A stretch of DNA of 64,000 bases from Octopus vulgaris. Lineage: Eukaryota. Each line of letters opens with the position of its first letter. The stretch's first letter is position 1. The DNA is taken from contig OX597831.1 in assembly GCA_951406725.2 (NCBI GenBank), positions 10,788,001 through 10,852,000 on the forward strand, written 5' to 3'. The notes beneath the pieces were generated by a model. The model had not been told where the DNA came from and did not search any database. It saw only the letters and a program-made list of their open reading frames with translations. Positions 12,908 to 25,499 of the stretch are shown piece by piece. Position numbers and translations under genes: made by a program.

Positions 12908-12952
12908 GGCCAGAGTTCTTTCGTCACACTCCTGTGACCGCATCAGTGGTCC
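12908..12952 (-). ncRNA. Minimal type I hammerhead-ribozyme-like motif (C9 variant) in a probable Penelope-like terminus (about 12785-12995)
   Basis: Minus strand reads GGACCA-CUGAUGC-G-GUCACA-GGAG-UGUGAC-GAAA-GAA-CUC-UGGCC: stem I, perfect 6-bp stem II, GAAA and an NUH triplet. Confidence 0.6.
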
Positions 12953-14122
12953 TTTGTTTTCTTCTTTCGTATTTGTGTCTCTCCTTACTAATATTTAAAC
13001 GTATATGTATTGTAGATAATTCTTATTAATGCTTTTCGTTCTTTCAATCAAACTCTTTATACAAAATTCTTACTGCCTCGTTCTTCTTAATAAATAATAT
13101 TTGTACACCACTTCAAATACTCTATGTATATGTGTGTGTGCGTGTGTGCGTGTTTTTTTATGTGTCTGTCTGTGTGTTACTATAATTGTGTGTGTATATG
13201 TGTGTGTGTGTGCGTGCGTGTGGGTGTAAGCCGGCGATAGTAAGTCTCTTGTCAAGCACTTGTTTTCGTATTTCCATAAATGTTTTAGCGAAGTCATAAG
13301 GTATCGAATAAGTGGTTTTGGAAGATTTGGAGTTCATGTCGGATTTTCGTCGTTTCGCTGTCTCTCTTGACAAATCACTTGATGGAATTCTTCTCAGATT
13401 TGTCTCGATTACTCATCACACTCCATGAAGCAAGCCGAGTTAATTACCTCCCTTGTGGTTAACCGAGACTTGTCTCAGTTTTAGACAAATGACAAATTCA
13501 ATAGGTGTGTCTATAAATCAAATACAAACAGCTAATTTGTTGTCGTGTTTTGATTTAAACTTACTTTAAACTATTTGCAAGCATGGCTTAATCTGCCGTT
13601 GTTTTCGATTTCTCGTTTTTTAATTGGCTGCTTAGTTCCAGTCTATCCGCTGTTGTCTATGAACTTACATAAAAAAATATATTTATCTTCGTAGAGGATG
13701 GTGATTAAAAAAATATTGATAGGAAATCAATTTGGTCCTGGAAGTCGTATAATGTATATTTTATGTGTGTATTTTGTTAACGTGACTTGCAGAGTTTACT
13801 TAGACTGTTGGGGATGTGACTAATACAAGATGCTTTTTACCATAGTTTTCGTTTATTTCCAATCTCATTATTTCAAGTAATTTGCTTTAAAAGAAGTTAC
13901 TTTTTATTTTCAATTCATCTAATTCACTTTTATTGTACACTTATGTACGTTAGCATATCTATGCATATCAGCATATAAAAGTCGGTTCCCACAACATTAT
14001 TAATGCAATTTTCTTCTCTATGTGTACACTAGAGTTGTCGTGCGATCTATAATCATATTGTCAGTGTGACAAATGCCGAATTCCTCGTTGTGTCATTGTA
14101 TTTACCAATTATTATTATTATT

Positions 14123-14333
14123 ATTCTGTTGTGTCTGGGGAGAGACATTTTCTTTTTGTGCCTTATTATTTAACGCACTCACCGGTAAAATTTCCACTTT
14201 TTTCTTATTTTTATTTTCCTAAAAGTTTCGTTGTGTCTTGCAACCTTTTCAATAGTTTTGACTCTCAATAGTTTCGAGTGTGTTAAATAATAAGGTACAA
14301 AAAGAAAAGGATTCTCCCCAGACACAACAGAAT
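14123..14333. mobile_element. 58-bp inverted repeat enclosing a hammerhead-like motif (Penelope-like inverted terminus)
   Basis: 14123-14180 is the near-perfect reverse complement of 14276-14333. Minus 14219-14255 reads CUA-UUGAAAA-G-GUUG-CAAGACA-CAAC-GAAA-CUUU-UAG. Confidence 0.7.
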
Positions 14334-14501
14334 ATGCTTCAACACACGAACTCATATAAAGAATCTTGCAAACCAAATCCCAAAGCAAAATTATTTTTAT
14401 TATTATTATTATTATTATTATTGTTGTTGTTGTTGTTCTTGTTGTCGTCATCGTCATCATCATCATCATCATCATCACCATCATCATCAGTAGCATCATC
14501 G

Positions 14502-14627
14502 AGTGCGAGAGCAGCGCATGCCATCAAAGTGACTCTGGGGTACAAATACACGAAGCTCACTATAACCATCACGAAAACCCGTCTGATGAGGGTACACTAG
14601 GCACATGCATCACGACCATATGCGCGA
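14502..14627 (-). mobile_element. Family X 3' terminal fragment with triplet tail (14392-14500)
   Basis: Homologous to 1-70 and 48141-48270. Confidence 0.8.
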
Positions 14628-15034
14628 AATTATCCATGATTGTTTCTCCTGTCGAGAACTTTAAAGATATTCCTACCATCTAACTCTGGTTCGAACACCA
14701 TCCTCATTCTGCTCTTGCACTCTTAAGTGCCTTTCTGTCACTTCAATTATATCCCTTCGCCTTGCAACGCTCCTTTTGGCATTCGAAAGAAATCAAATGC
14801 ATTGTGATATCATCCTTGGAATCTTCTTGTAACAAATTCTACATTTTGTGTGAATTTGAAGTTTCAGTACTTTTTAGGTGGTTTTTGTTATATTTTTTGT
14901 TTGAACGTGTTAAATTCAGAGTGTTCATAGAATGTCTTATGTTTGTTTGTTTACTATGTCTGTGGACATTTATTTTCCATTACCTATTATTTCTTTCTTT
15001 CTTTCTTTCTTTCGACTGTGCAATTTTGATTCAC

Positions 15035-15438
15035 TCTTTCACTCTTTTTACTTGTTTCAGTCATTTGACTGCGGCCAAGCTGGAGCACCGCCTTTAATCG
15101 AGCAACTCGACCCCGGGACTTATTCTTTTTTTGTAAGCTCAGTACTTATTCCATCGGTCTCTTTTGCCGAACCGCTAAGTGACGGGGACGTAAACATACC
15201 AGCATCGGTTGTCAAGCAATGCTAGGGGGACAAACACAAACACACACAACATATACATACACATACATACATACATATATACGACGGGCTTCTTTCAGTT
15301 TCCGTCTACCAAATCCACTCACAAGGCTTTGGTCGGCCCGGGGCTATAGTAGAAGACACTTACCCAAGATGCCACGCAGTGGGACTGAACCCGGAACCAT
15401 GTGGTTGGTTAGCAAGCTATTTACCACACAGCCACTCC
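15035..15438 (-). mobile_element. SINE family A, near-intact
   Basis: Matches 38670-39083. Confidence 0.92.
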
Positions 15439-15963
15439 TTCATTATCATTCTTTTTTCTTTCGCTTTTTCCTTTTCTAGTTTTAGACTGCCAATGCCTCA
15501 TTTTAAGCTTGTTGGTCAGTTGGAATCCAGCGTTGCGTTTCGATCCGAGTCAAACCCTTTCTTTCACATTTTATGCGTTTACATTATTGAACTTTGTGCA
15601 TTGAAGCAGTGTGACGCTATGAAACATAAATATAAACCATAAAGAGATTCCTTTCGCCTCCATGTATGCCATTCTTGAATTAATTCCGGAATATGATATA
15701 TATATACACCATACGACTTTACACATCACATCATATATACATACACACGTCCATACCTCTCATACACACTACATACTCTCTCATACACACAGACTCTTAT
15801 GTTGGGGCGAGGTCATTTAACCCTATTATCTCCCCTAATTTCGCTCTTGCGTCTCACGTTTGATCTTTGACTTCTGGCCGAAATCAGATCGCCATGTTGA
15901 TTCGCTAGCCTCTGCACGCATTTTTTTCTCTCCTTGTTTCTTTCTGTGTTTCTTTTCTGTGTA

Positions 15964-16001
15964 TCTTTCTGTTGAAGAGCGTAGGCTCGAAACGTAAAAG
16001 A
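15964..16001 (+). ncRNA. Minimal type I hammerhead-ribozyme-like motif (U6 variant) in a probable Penelope-like terminus (about 15700-16099)
   Basis: UCUUU-CUGUUGA-A-GAGC-GUAG-GCUC-GAA-ACGU-A-AAAGA: perfect stems I and II, palindromic ACGU stem III and a GUA triplet. A fragment of the downstream flank (cctgagcg..aata..tttgttccac) recurs at about 48915-48955. Confidence 0.7.
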
Positions 16002-16097
16002 CTTGTTTTATTTATATTCCTGAGCGCCATACTAATACAATTGTTTGTTTGTATTCCACCTGCCTTCGTCTTTTGTTTATTTTCATAAAGCTTCCCG

Positions 16098-16138
<41 letters not shown>

Positions 16139-16259
16139 ATTTAGCGATTTAGTTAGACACCTTCATCAGGACTCCAGGTTATTTTTACTTTCTATCTGGG
16201 GCTAAATGATACAGACACTGAGAGGAAATCGGTTCGATGTTAATATATACCATGCTCTA

Positions 16260-16440
16260 AGGCAACAAGCGCAGAATCTTTAGTACGTTGGGCAAAATTA
16301 TTAGATTCATTTCATCCGTCTGAGATCAATTTCCACCTAGATCGATCTGGACTTTCATCTTTTCGGTGTTGATAAAACGAGTGCCAGTCGTGTGCTAGGG
16401 CTGATGCAAACTCGTTGGTCTTGTGCCAAAATTTGAAATT
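16260..16440 (+). mobile_element. SINE family B, old degenerate copy. Similar old copies at about 7200-7395(-), 9290-9440, 17670-17865, 29090-29270, 30380-30575, 33900-34110, 34720-34910 and 42330-42495(-)
   Basis: Recognisable remnants of the gcagaat..ttag head, the ctttcatc..gtcgataaa..gtaccag core and the cttgtgcc..aatttgaa tail. Confidence 0.65.
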
Positions 16441-16445
16441 ATATG

Positions 16446-16491
16446 TAGTAGTAGAGGTAGTAGCAGTAGTAGTAGTAGTAGTAGTAGTAGC

Positions 16492-16533
<42 letters not shown>
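16446..16533. repeat. (TAG)n microsatellite
   Basis: Directly visible. Confidence 0.95.
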
Positions 16534-16534
<1 letters not shown>

Positions 16535-16639
16535 TGTCCAGTTTAGTTTTCTCTCAAACCATATCGCATGGAATACGATAAAGAGCATTTTGTGCTTTTC
16601 GTAGAAATGTCTTTCCTTTTCTGCGCTTCATATTTATTT

Positions 16640-17170
16640 TTACATCTCATTGATGAATTTTCGGATGATTCTTACAGAACCCAATCGACATGTTATCTCC
16701 ACCAGATTCAATCCCAGATAAAAGCCATGTTTTGGAATGTTTATTTATTTTTCACTGTTTCTTTGGCTACAATATCAATCGGCAGCATCCTGAATTTGTG
16801 AACTTCTTTATTCTAGCATTAACGGTGTTTTATACAACAACTTGCTATAATGGTCCACCGCTTTCTTTTCCACTTCTTTTTATTCTCGTATAAAACGTAC
16901 ATGCCAAGTACTTAAAATACACTTTCTTCTTGACCATAGCTACAGAATCTTCTCTGTTATGTTCTTCTTTCGGTTTGTATAAGAACATCCCACAAAACAT
17001 CATGTGACCGTTTCCAAAGGTTTGCATTTCCATTCCCACTAAACAGCTATAGCTTCCTTCTATTTATGCAAGAACAAGATTTTTGCAAATATTTCGGTGC
17101 CTACAATGTTTATATCCATTCTGAGTTGTAAACCTTACGATACACTTTTGGCTAAGGTATCAGGTGGATC
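16640..17170 (-). mobile_element. Highly degenerate RLE-domain remnant of a Dong/R4-like LINE
   Basis: Broken minus frames read LWDVLIQTE..HNRED, LACTFYTRI, LPIDIVA and LGSVRIIRK, collinear with the RLE domain at 36060-36425. Confidence 0.6.
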
Positions 17171-18170
17171 ATCGTACATTCTACGTTTGGCTCTAATGCC
17201 TGAAATGGTCATTAGTGATGATATTACAGTTATTACGACTGTGAAGTCTAACTTCATCTATAATGTTCTCATATTCATTTCTGCAATAATTTGAGAGAAC
17301 TGTTAAAATACATTTTCATCATCTAGGTACAAGCATAGAATTACTTTTAAAAAGTTGGCTTCGAAACTGCGGTATTTCGGATTCCATCCTACTGTGCGAT
17401 AACTTGGGCACCGGTATTTTCTGCTCTTGCCTACAGTTGAGGAATTTTGATAATGTGAAGCTGTGCAAAAGCCCGCAGCATAATTAAGTCCAGAAAGTGG
17501 GATTACCATTCACAAATGTCGGTATAACATGTAATGTTATATAAAGTGTATAACATGTATTGCTGAGAATGCTGGTATAACATGTAGTATTGGTGTAAAA
17601 TGTAATGCTGAGAAAACTAAAGTCCCTGTCCGTTTCATAGAAGCCACCTGATAATATTTGTTCTGCAACAACGCGGTGAATTACCAGAATCGTTAGCAGC
17701 CGGTTAATATGCCTAGGGACATTTCGTCCGTCTCAACGTCCCGACGTAAACTTAGCTTTTCAATTTTTCAAGGTCGATAAAACAAGTACCAGTTCAGCGC
17801 TGGAGTCGATGCGATCGATTATCCCCTCCGCATAAATTGCTCGACTTGTGTCTAAAATTTGAAGCCGAAATTGGTTATGCATTGAGTTCGAGATACACAC
17901 GTTCAGTTTTCGCCCATGCTTTCAGAACTGCACTCGGATTGGTGGGCCCCCTTGAAAACCCAGAACATCATAAGTGACGCTATTGTTCAGAACTTGTAAT
18001 GTAAAATAAATTTCATAAATCTTTTAATATATGATTAACAGTCCGAAAAAATCATGATCATATTATTGGAAGTGTACCATATATGCCTACGTAAAACACA
18101 TGTAGATATAAACACACAGTCACTCAAAAGCACACACATACAAACGCATACATTTATACATACATACATA

Positions 18171-18211
<41 letters not shown>

Positions 18212-18619
18212 GTATTGACATAATCCACACTTTGAATACTCTATTCTATTTCTCGTTTGATAGCTTCTCGCTTCCTTTCTGTTTGATGTTTTGATCTGAA
18301 GGGATCGTGATGTCTATAGGAATCAGAATGCATAGGTTTTCCTTTCTTTCTCTCTGATTATTAGAATATCTGACATGTTCTCTTTGATTTTGTTGTCAGC
18401 CAGGAGAGACTTGTCCCGGAGTTGGGCATCGTAGTCATGTTATTGCCATACACGGATGGTTTAGTGCGTACTTATTCCGCTTATGCTCGGTTTTGATCTG
18501 TAAATGTCTGCATAATACCCAATGGACAGCGTTATGCATTAGAAGCGTCTGCCTACGTACACACCTACATATGAATGTATATAAGTTGGGTACAACAATT
18601 ATACATGAATGTGTGTGTG

Positions 18620-19180
<561 letters not shown>

Positions 19181-19650
19181 TGGATAGATAGATATGTACA
19201 TACATATGCATGCATATAAATATATGTTACACATATACATATATGTGCGTTGTGCGTGTGCAAGAGAGAGAGAGGTTGAGTGTGTGTATGTGTGTGTATA
19301 TGGGTGAGTGTGTGCGTGTGTGTATATACTCTCCTTGTGAACGCCAGGCAACCGGAAATGATGTGGTCGAATGCTCGTTTATGTTGACTGAAAAGTCGAT
19401 GTCTGCTGCTGTTGACGCTAACCCCTCGTTACGTTTTATTTCATTTTACTTTGTGTGTTTTTGTGTTTTGCAGTCCACCATTAATCCTGTGCAGTTGGAA
19501 TTAAATATTTCCTACCTTTGAGCCATTGTTATCTTTTATAATGGTTCACTACCTTTCCATACGTATGATACACAATATGAAAAGGATTTTTATCCATTAC
19601 TTTTAGAAGTTTCAATCTGTACATTAATTTTATATTTTATATTTAAATTT

Positions 19651-20090
19651 TAGAATCTAGCAACCGGGGCTTCATTACAGCTTGCCGGGGTCGGTGCGCA
19701 ATGAAGCCCAAAACAGCGCCCAATTTCTTTCGCTGAACCCATAAACTTGCTAGCATCTCGTATGCCGAGGGTTCGACTGGTAGCACTTGCATCTGCAAGT
19801 TCTTGGAAAAAAGCAAAAAACATAAAAATATACAAATTCTTGTTTAAGTAATTTTATTTTATTTTATTGTAGTAAACCCTTTATTATGAGGTAAACTTAG
19901 CGGCTTCATAGTCCTTAATTGTATCTTTATATTCGTATATAAGTTTTAGATTTACTATTGCCATGTTGAGTTATTAGTCAAAGTCTACTTTCATTGGTTT
20001 GGGATCATCAGGAGAAATTGGTCGCTGTTTCGGTCTTCATTGCGAACCGGACCCCACACACTGTGATGAAGCCCCGATTGCTAGATTCTA
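19651..20090. mobile_element. MITE-like element with approximately 80-95-bp terminal inverted repeats
   Basis: TAGAATCTAGCAACCGGGGCTTCATTACAG...CAATTTCT (19651-19728) is inverted at 20013-20090. AT-rich non-coding interior. Confidence 0.85.
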
Positions 20091-20182
20091 ATTATACATA
20101 CATTCATAAATACACACATAGATACATACATGGATACACACACACATACGCGCGCATCACACATACACATATATATTATATA

Positions 20183-20566
20183 CGTTGCGGCACTCCGTCG
20201 GTTACGACGACGAAGTTTTCAGTTGATCCGATAAACGGAACAGCTTGCTCTTCAAATTAACGTGTAAGTGGCTGAGCTCTCCACAGACACATGTACCCTT
20301 AATGTAGTCCTCAGGGAGACTCAGCATGACGCAGAGTGTAACAAGTAGGCCCCTTGATATACAGGTACAACAGAAACAGGAAGAAAGAGTGAGAGAAATC
20401 TGAAATGAAAGAGTACAGTAGGGTTCGCCATCACCCCTGCCTGAGCATCGTGGGACTTCAGGTGTTTTCGCTTAATAAACCTTCAGAACACCCGGTTTGG
20501 GAATCGAAACCGTGATCTTATGATCGCGAGTCCGCTGTCCAAACCACTGGGCCATTGCGCCTCCAC
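20183..20566 (-). mobile_element. SINE family C with alternative 3' tail
   Basis: Head and body match 6250-6442; the tail at 20183-20375 is unrelated to the 6074-6250 tail. Confidence 0.88.
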
Positions 20567-20649
20567 AATATATTACATTACACTCAGTAAATGTGAAAGC
20601 TCTTTTTGTTAATAGAGTAGCTCTACTCTATTCATATTTATTGTATTCC

Positions 20650-21110
20650 ATACACCCTTGAGGCCAGATATAGTTGGGTGGTCAGCAATGACCAAGAAAA
20701 CAATTTTAATTGAGCTTACAGTCTCGTGGCAAGAAGTGTGGGGTCAGTCCTAGCAAGTGAACCGTGCTAAGTACGAGAATCTTCTGCAGGATTGCAGGGA
20801 GAATCGATGCCAACCATGGCTACACCCATTCGTGGTTGACTGCAAGGATTTCCCTGCCTCAGTCTGTACGGAGGATGCTTACAGTCATTAGAATGCGAGG
20901 AAGGAGCGAAGGGTGGATGTTTGCAGGATGGGTGAGGCAGCAGAAAGAGCCTCTTGCTGGTCATGGAAGAACGGAGAGGAGTTAAGTTCGAATCTAGGGA
21001 AATTATTCGGACAAATTTACTGACTGACCAACGGGAGGGCGTTACGGTTGAAGGTCGAATCACTCGATGATCATTGGATAACCCGAGGCTTCGAAGTTAC
21101 TGCCGATTTC
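20650..21110 (+). mobile_element. HERO-clade non-LTR retrotransposon 3' end (RLE domain and 3' UTR), degenerate
   Basis: Reads TPLRPDIVGWSAMTKKTILIELTVSWQE..RAKYENLLQDCRE..PFVVDCKDFP..MGEAAERASCWSW, matching the LRPD..ELTVPWEE..KY..PVEVGCRGF..AE.AS.W pattern of HERO elements. Confidence 0.8.
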
Positions 21111-21274
21111 TTACTTGGAAATAGAAACGAGATCTATTAGTCTACTGAAATATATAGATAACCATACATAAATAGAAATATAGATAGATAGATATTTCTT
21201 TACTACCCACAAGGGGCTAAACACAGAGGGGACAAAGACAGACAGACAGATAGGCAGACAGATAGATAGGAAAA

Positions 21275-21306
<32 letters not shown>

Positions 21307-21350
21307 TTAGACAGATAGATGGATAAATATACATATATATATATATATAT

Positions 21351-21435
<85 letters not shown>

Positions 21436-21592
21436 CAGAAAGAGAGACAGAAAGATAGATAGACAGAAAGATAGATAGATAGTTAGATGGATAGATAGAT
21501 AGAGAGAGAGAGACATATAGATAGATAGATATATAGATATATAGATAGATACATAGATAGATACATAGATAGATAGATAGATAAATAGATAC

Positions 21593-21641
<49 letters not shown>

Positions 21642-21843
21642 CTTCTCTTTGTCCGTGTGATCTGTTGCATTTTGTGCATGGTTGTGTTTCGTAAAATCTC
21701 ATTCATATATTTACTGTATATTTTTCAACCACTGCAAACCTTTCCATTATGAGGAAAATATTCGGCTTCTGACTTCTTCTATGGCTTCTCTATTTTCACT
21801 TTTCGAAGTCTCTGTAATATTACGTAATAACAACAACAAGAAT

Positions 21844-21845
<2 letters not shown>

Positions 21846-21880
<35 letters not shown>

Positions 21881-22025
21881 GTAATAATAATAATAAAAAT
21901 TACTATTATTATCATTATTATTGCTATTATTATTACGAGTATTATTATCATTATTATTAGTAGTAGTAGCAGTAGTAGAGTAGTAGTAGTAGGAGGAGGA
22001 GGAGGAGGAGGAGGAGGAGGAGGAA
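21846..22025. repeat. Compound triplet microsatellite (AAT/TAT/TAG/GGA)n; similar tracts at 22704-22890 and 35657-35883
   Basis: Directly visible. Confidence 0.95.
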
Positions 22026-22051
22026 GAGTATATTATAATTATTGTTACTAT

Positions 22052-22262
22052 TTCAAATTTTTGTCACAAGGGCAGTTTTGTGTTGTGGGGATGAGTCGAT
22101 TGCATCGACCCCAGCTTTCAAATGGTACTCATTTAATCGACCCCGAAAGGATGAAAATCATAGTCTACCTCGGCGGGATTTCAACTCAGAAACGCAGCAG
22201 CAGACGAAATACCGCTGAGCTTTTCGCCCGGCCTGCTAACAATTCTGCCAGTACGCCGCCTT
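22052..22262 (-). mobile_element. SINE family B (tail 2 type)
   Basis: Contains atcgaccccgaaaggatgaaa and ctaacaattctgccagtacgccgcc. Confidence 0.85.
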
Positions 22263-22309
22263 AGGAAGAATAATAATAATAATACTACTAATAATAATAA
22301 TAATGATAA

Positions 22310-22703
22310 AGAAGAAGAAGACAAGAAATGCTTTCTAATTGATGTATCAATACCAGCAGATAACAACGTGTCTCTAAAAGAAATGGCGAAACTTTCAAAA
22401 TACAAAGACCTGGAAATGGAGGTAACTCGAACGTGGCATCTAAAAACAGAAACAATTCCTATCATAGTTGGCCCATTAGGCATGATAAAAAAATATTCAG
22501 ACAAATACATAACAAAAACACCAGGACTTACAAACACATAAACATACAGAAAATTGCACTACTAGGCACTGCACACATCCTGCGCAGAACACTTTCAATA
22601 CAGTAACCATCAGAGGTCTACAACAAATCACAACACATACCCAAGGCACACAGAGCTGCGCTCGGTAGTGAAGTGAAAGCACGCTATAAAAATAAAACTA
22701 CTG
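22310..22703 (+). mobile_element. 5'-truncated Dong/R4-like LINE 3' end (RLE C-terminus and 3' UTR) between (AAT)n tracts
   Basis: Reads KKCFLIDVSIPADNNVSLKEMAKLSKYKDLEMEVTRTWHLKTETIPIIVGPLGMIKK..IQKIALLGTAHILRRTLSIQ*, followed by an (AAT)n tail. Confidence 0.9.
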
Positions 22704-22830
22704 AATAATAATAATAATAATAATAACAACAATAATGATGATGATGATGACGATGACGATTGCGATGACGATGATGATGGTGATGATGATGATTATGACG
22801 ATGATGATGATGAGGATGATGATGGTGATG

Positions 22831-22866
<36 letters not shown>

Positions 22867-23089
22867 ATGACGATGACGGCGACGACAATGACAGTCAGAA
22901 CAATAATAATTCGATTAGCTTCTGGTTTCTTTCAGGCAAGGAAACGCCTCTGCAAAATGCCATCTTCGCAAAGTAAGGGATCAGTCGTGATATCCTCCAT
23001 GCTACAGAGTAATTCAATAGTGTTCTAATATTATCAAATAAAACAAGCTTTCATGCGTGTCAGGTTATATACACATATACATGCATACA

Positions 23090-23121
<32 letters not shown>

Positions 23122-25499
23122 CATTTTTTTTATTCACACACATGCACCCTCCCACACATATATGTATGTAAGAATGTATATCTGAGCGGTGCAGCGTATT
23201 GTTACTACGAACAACGGAATTGCTGAGCGCTTAATATCATAAATTAACCGGTCAATATTGCATTGCCTGTTTTATTGTCTGGTTGATAGATTGTGAGAAG
23301 CATAGCAGTTCCTGCAGAGTATCATATTAGCCGAATACCCTCAGGGTTTCTGCTGATGTAATTGCTTCTACGCATATCCCCACACACACACAACAAACGT
23401 ATCTACATATATACATACAAGTACAGAAACATAATAATACGCATACGTAACGTATGCGTCTTTATGTGCTGAGGTATTTGTCGGGTAGAAATCCCTTTAA
23501 ATACGTATAGTGTTAAATATCACAATATACTTGAGAGCTTAGCGAAACGTAATCCTAGCAAAAGTGATCCTGAGAACAACACCTAAGGTATTTCGACATA
23601 GCTACAGTCTATCAGTGTCATATAGCCCAACTCTGGCAAACGAAAAACTCAGTTTGCTTGAGTGAAATAGCCAATCACTGTCTTATCTAATTTTCTCTTT
23701 CATAATAAGTTTATAAGAGTTTATGACGAGTGAATGTTATTTATTCCATGCAGGGAGAATTCTTTTATGATGTCTAACTTTTGGCATTCTCATCATGGTT
23801 TTGAACTTACCAGCTCCCTTTCCAGTCTTTGAGATATTAGATGCAGACGTTCTTTTTCCGCCATACCTTTTATTACATTTTATAATTGATGTGGGATTTT
23901 AAAAGTTTTATTTACATCTTTAGCTGTGTATTTCTTTTCTTATAGTTGTTTGCTTATAATTTTCAGTCTCCGAATGCTACGGTCGAGAGACATCCATGGT
24001 CACTTGAAAGTTGCACTCAAAATCACATCTAAACAGTAAAGGCTAGTACTACAAATGTTTATAAAGCCAATACCTCCCCTCAGTAATTTTAAACGGTATA
24101 AAAATTTTGAACAGGTCATTGTTAGCCGGTCAGTTGCAGATGAATATTCAATCTGCAATGTGCTATTAGTGGCTTAGAATAATAAAGTATTTCAAGATAT
24201 ATAACGTACAGGCCTGTGTAGTAACAATGAGACTTTTTGGCTTAACAACAGGTTAAATCCAATTCATATTTAAAACCCACTAATATACTGCCAGAAAAGC
24301 TTGGTAGCCACATCTGAACCTTGCTATAAACTGATATTGATAAATTGTGGATCGAAGAGAGTTCCGATGATACCAAATATGGTGTTCAACTGGAAATATC
24401 TGACCCATCGAGTATATATATGATTAATAAATCCCGCAGGATGGAAAGTTTGTCATTGAAAACTGTTTCGATAAAAAAGATAACAGTATACGATTTATAA
24501 AAATTTTGAAAGAAAAAAAAATCCTTAGAGTATATCTCTTGTAGACTGGTGGTTCTGCAGAAACCCTACCGATGGTTACTAAGAAGAGGCAGGCAGAGTA
24601 AAGGAGAGGTGGTCAGTTAGGGTCATGTCGCTTGAGATATTAGAAATAAATGATAAATGAAAGCCATTGCCAGGATCTAAAACATTATTATTCTTTCTAA
24701 TGAAATGCAATGTTGCAGGTTTCCATGGATGAACTTAACCCCTTAGAAAGTTTGACATATTGAAGTGTTTCGCTTAGATAGGAGTTAACTCAGAGTTCAA
24801 TGTATCGAAGTCACGTATCAAAAAAAAGATAAATTTATTTTCGCTTATATCATCCAATTCAATTTCGGAACAGCTTATATCTGTTTTTCTATCCTCTTTA
24901 GTCACGTCAAGTAAATCCCTTTTGCGTTAATGCTATCAATTGTCAAATCACTGCTTTTGATATAAATAAATAAGGGGCTGATCCTTATCTTTGTACTTTC
25001 AGTAATCGTATTTCGTATAAAGTGTTGAAGTTCCAGGTTAAATATCTTCAGATATCCAGTTATATCTACATCCATTACTCATTGAAATTCCACCAAAATT
25101 ACTTTATCTTTTAGTTAGGACCAGTAGCAATGCCAATCAAGTAATTGTCTCTTATATCTTTCCGCTACACATTATCCAACCGTGAGCTGAAAGAAATCAT
25201 TAATTGCTCTTATATTATTCAGATAGATACTCTTGACTCTTGTATATTAGTACTTAATTGTCTTTTATAATTTGTCACAACGCCCCTCTTTCATTTCGAA
25301 GACATCCTCCATTTCCAACGTCTATTTTTCCTACTTTATGTCTTGCCCTATTACTTGTGTGTGTATCAGAATTCACTATGACATATCCCTTTCGTAAATA
25401 TATTTAAGACTTTTGTTACTATTGTAATTCTCCTCTTATTATATTATTCCCTGGACAGTTTCAAGGAATTTGTAAGATCCCATTTAATGGAAAATTATT

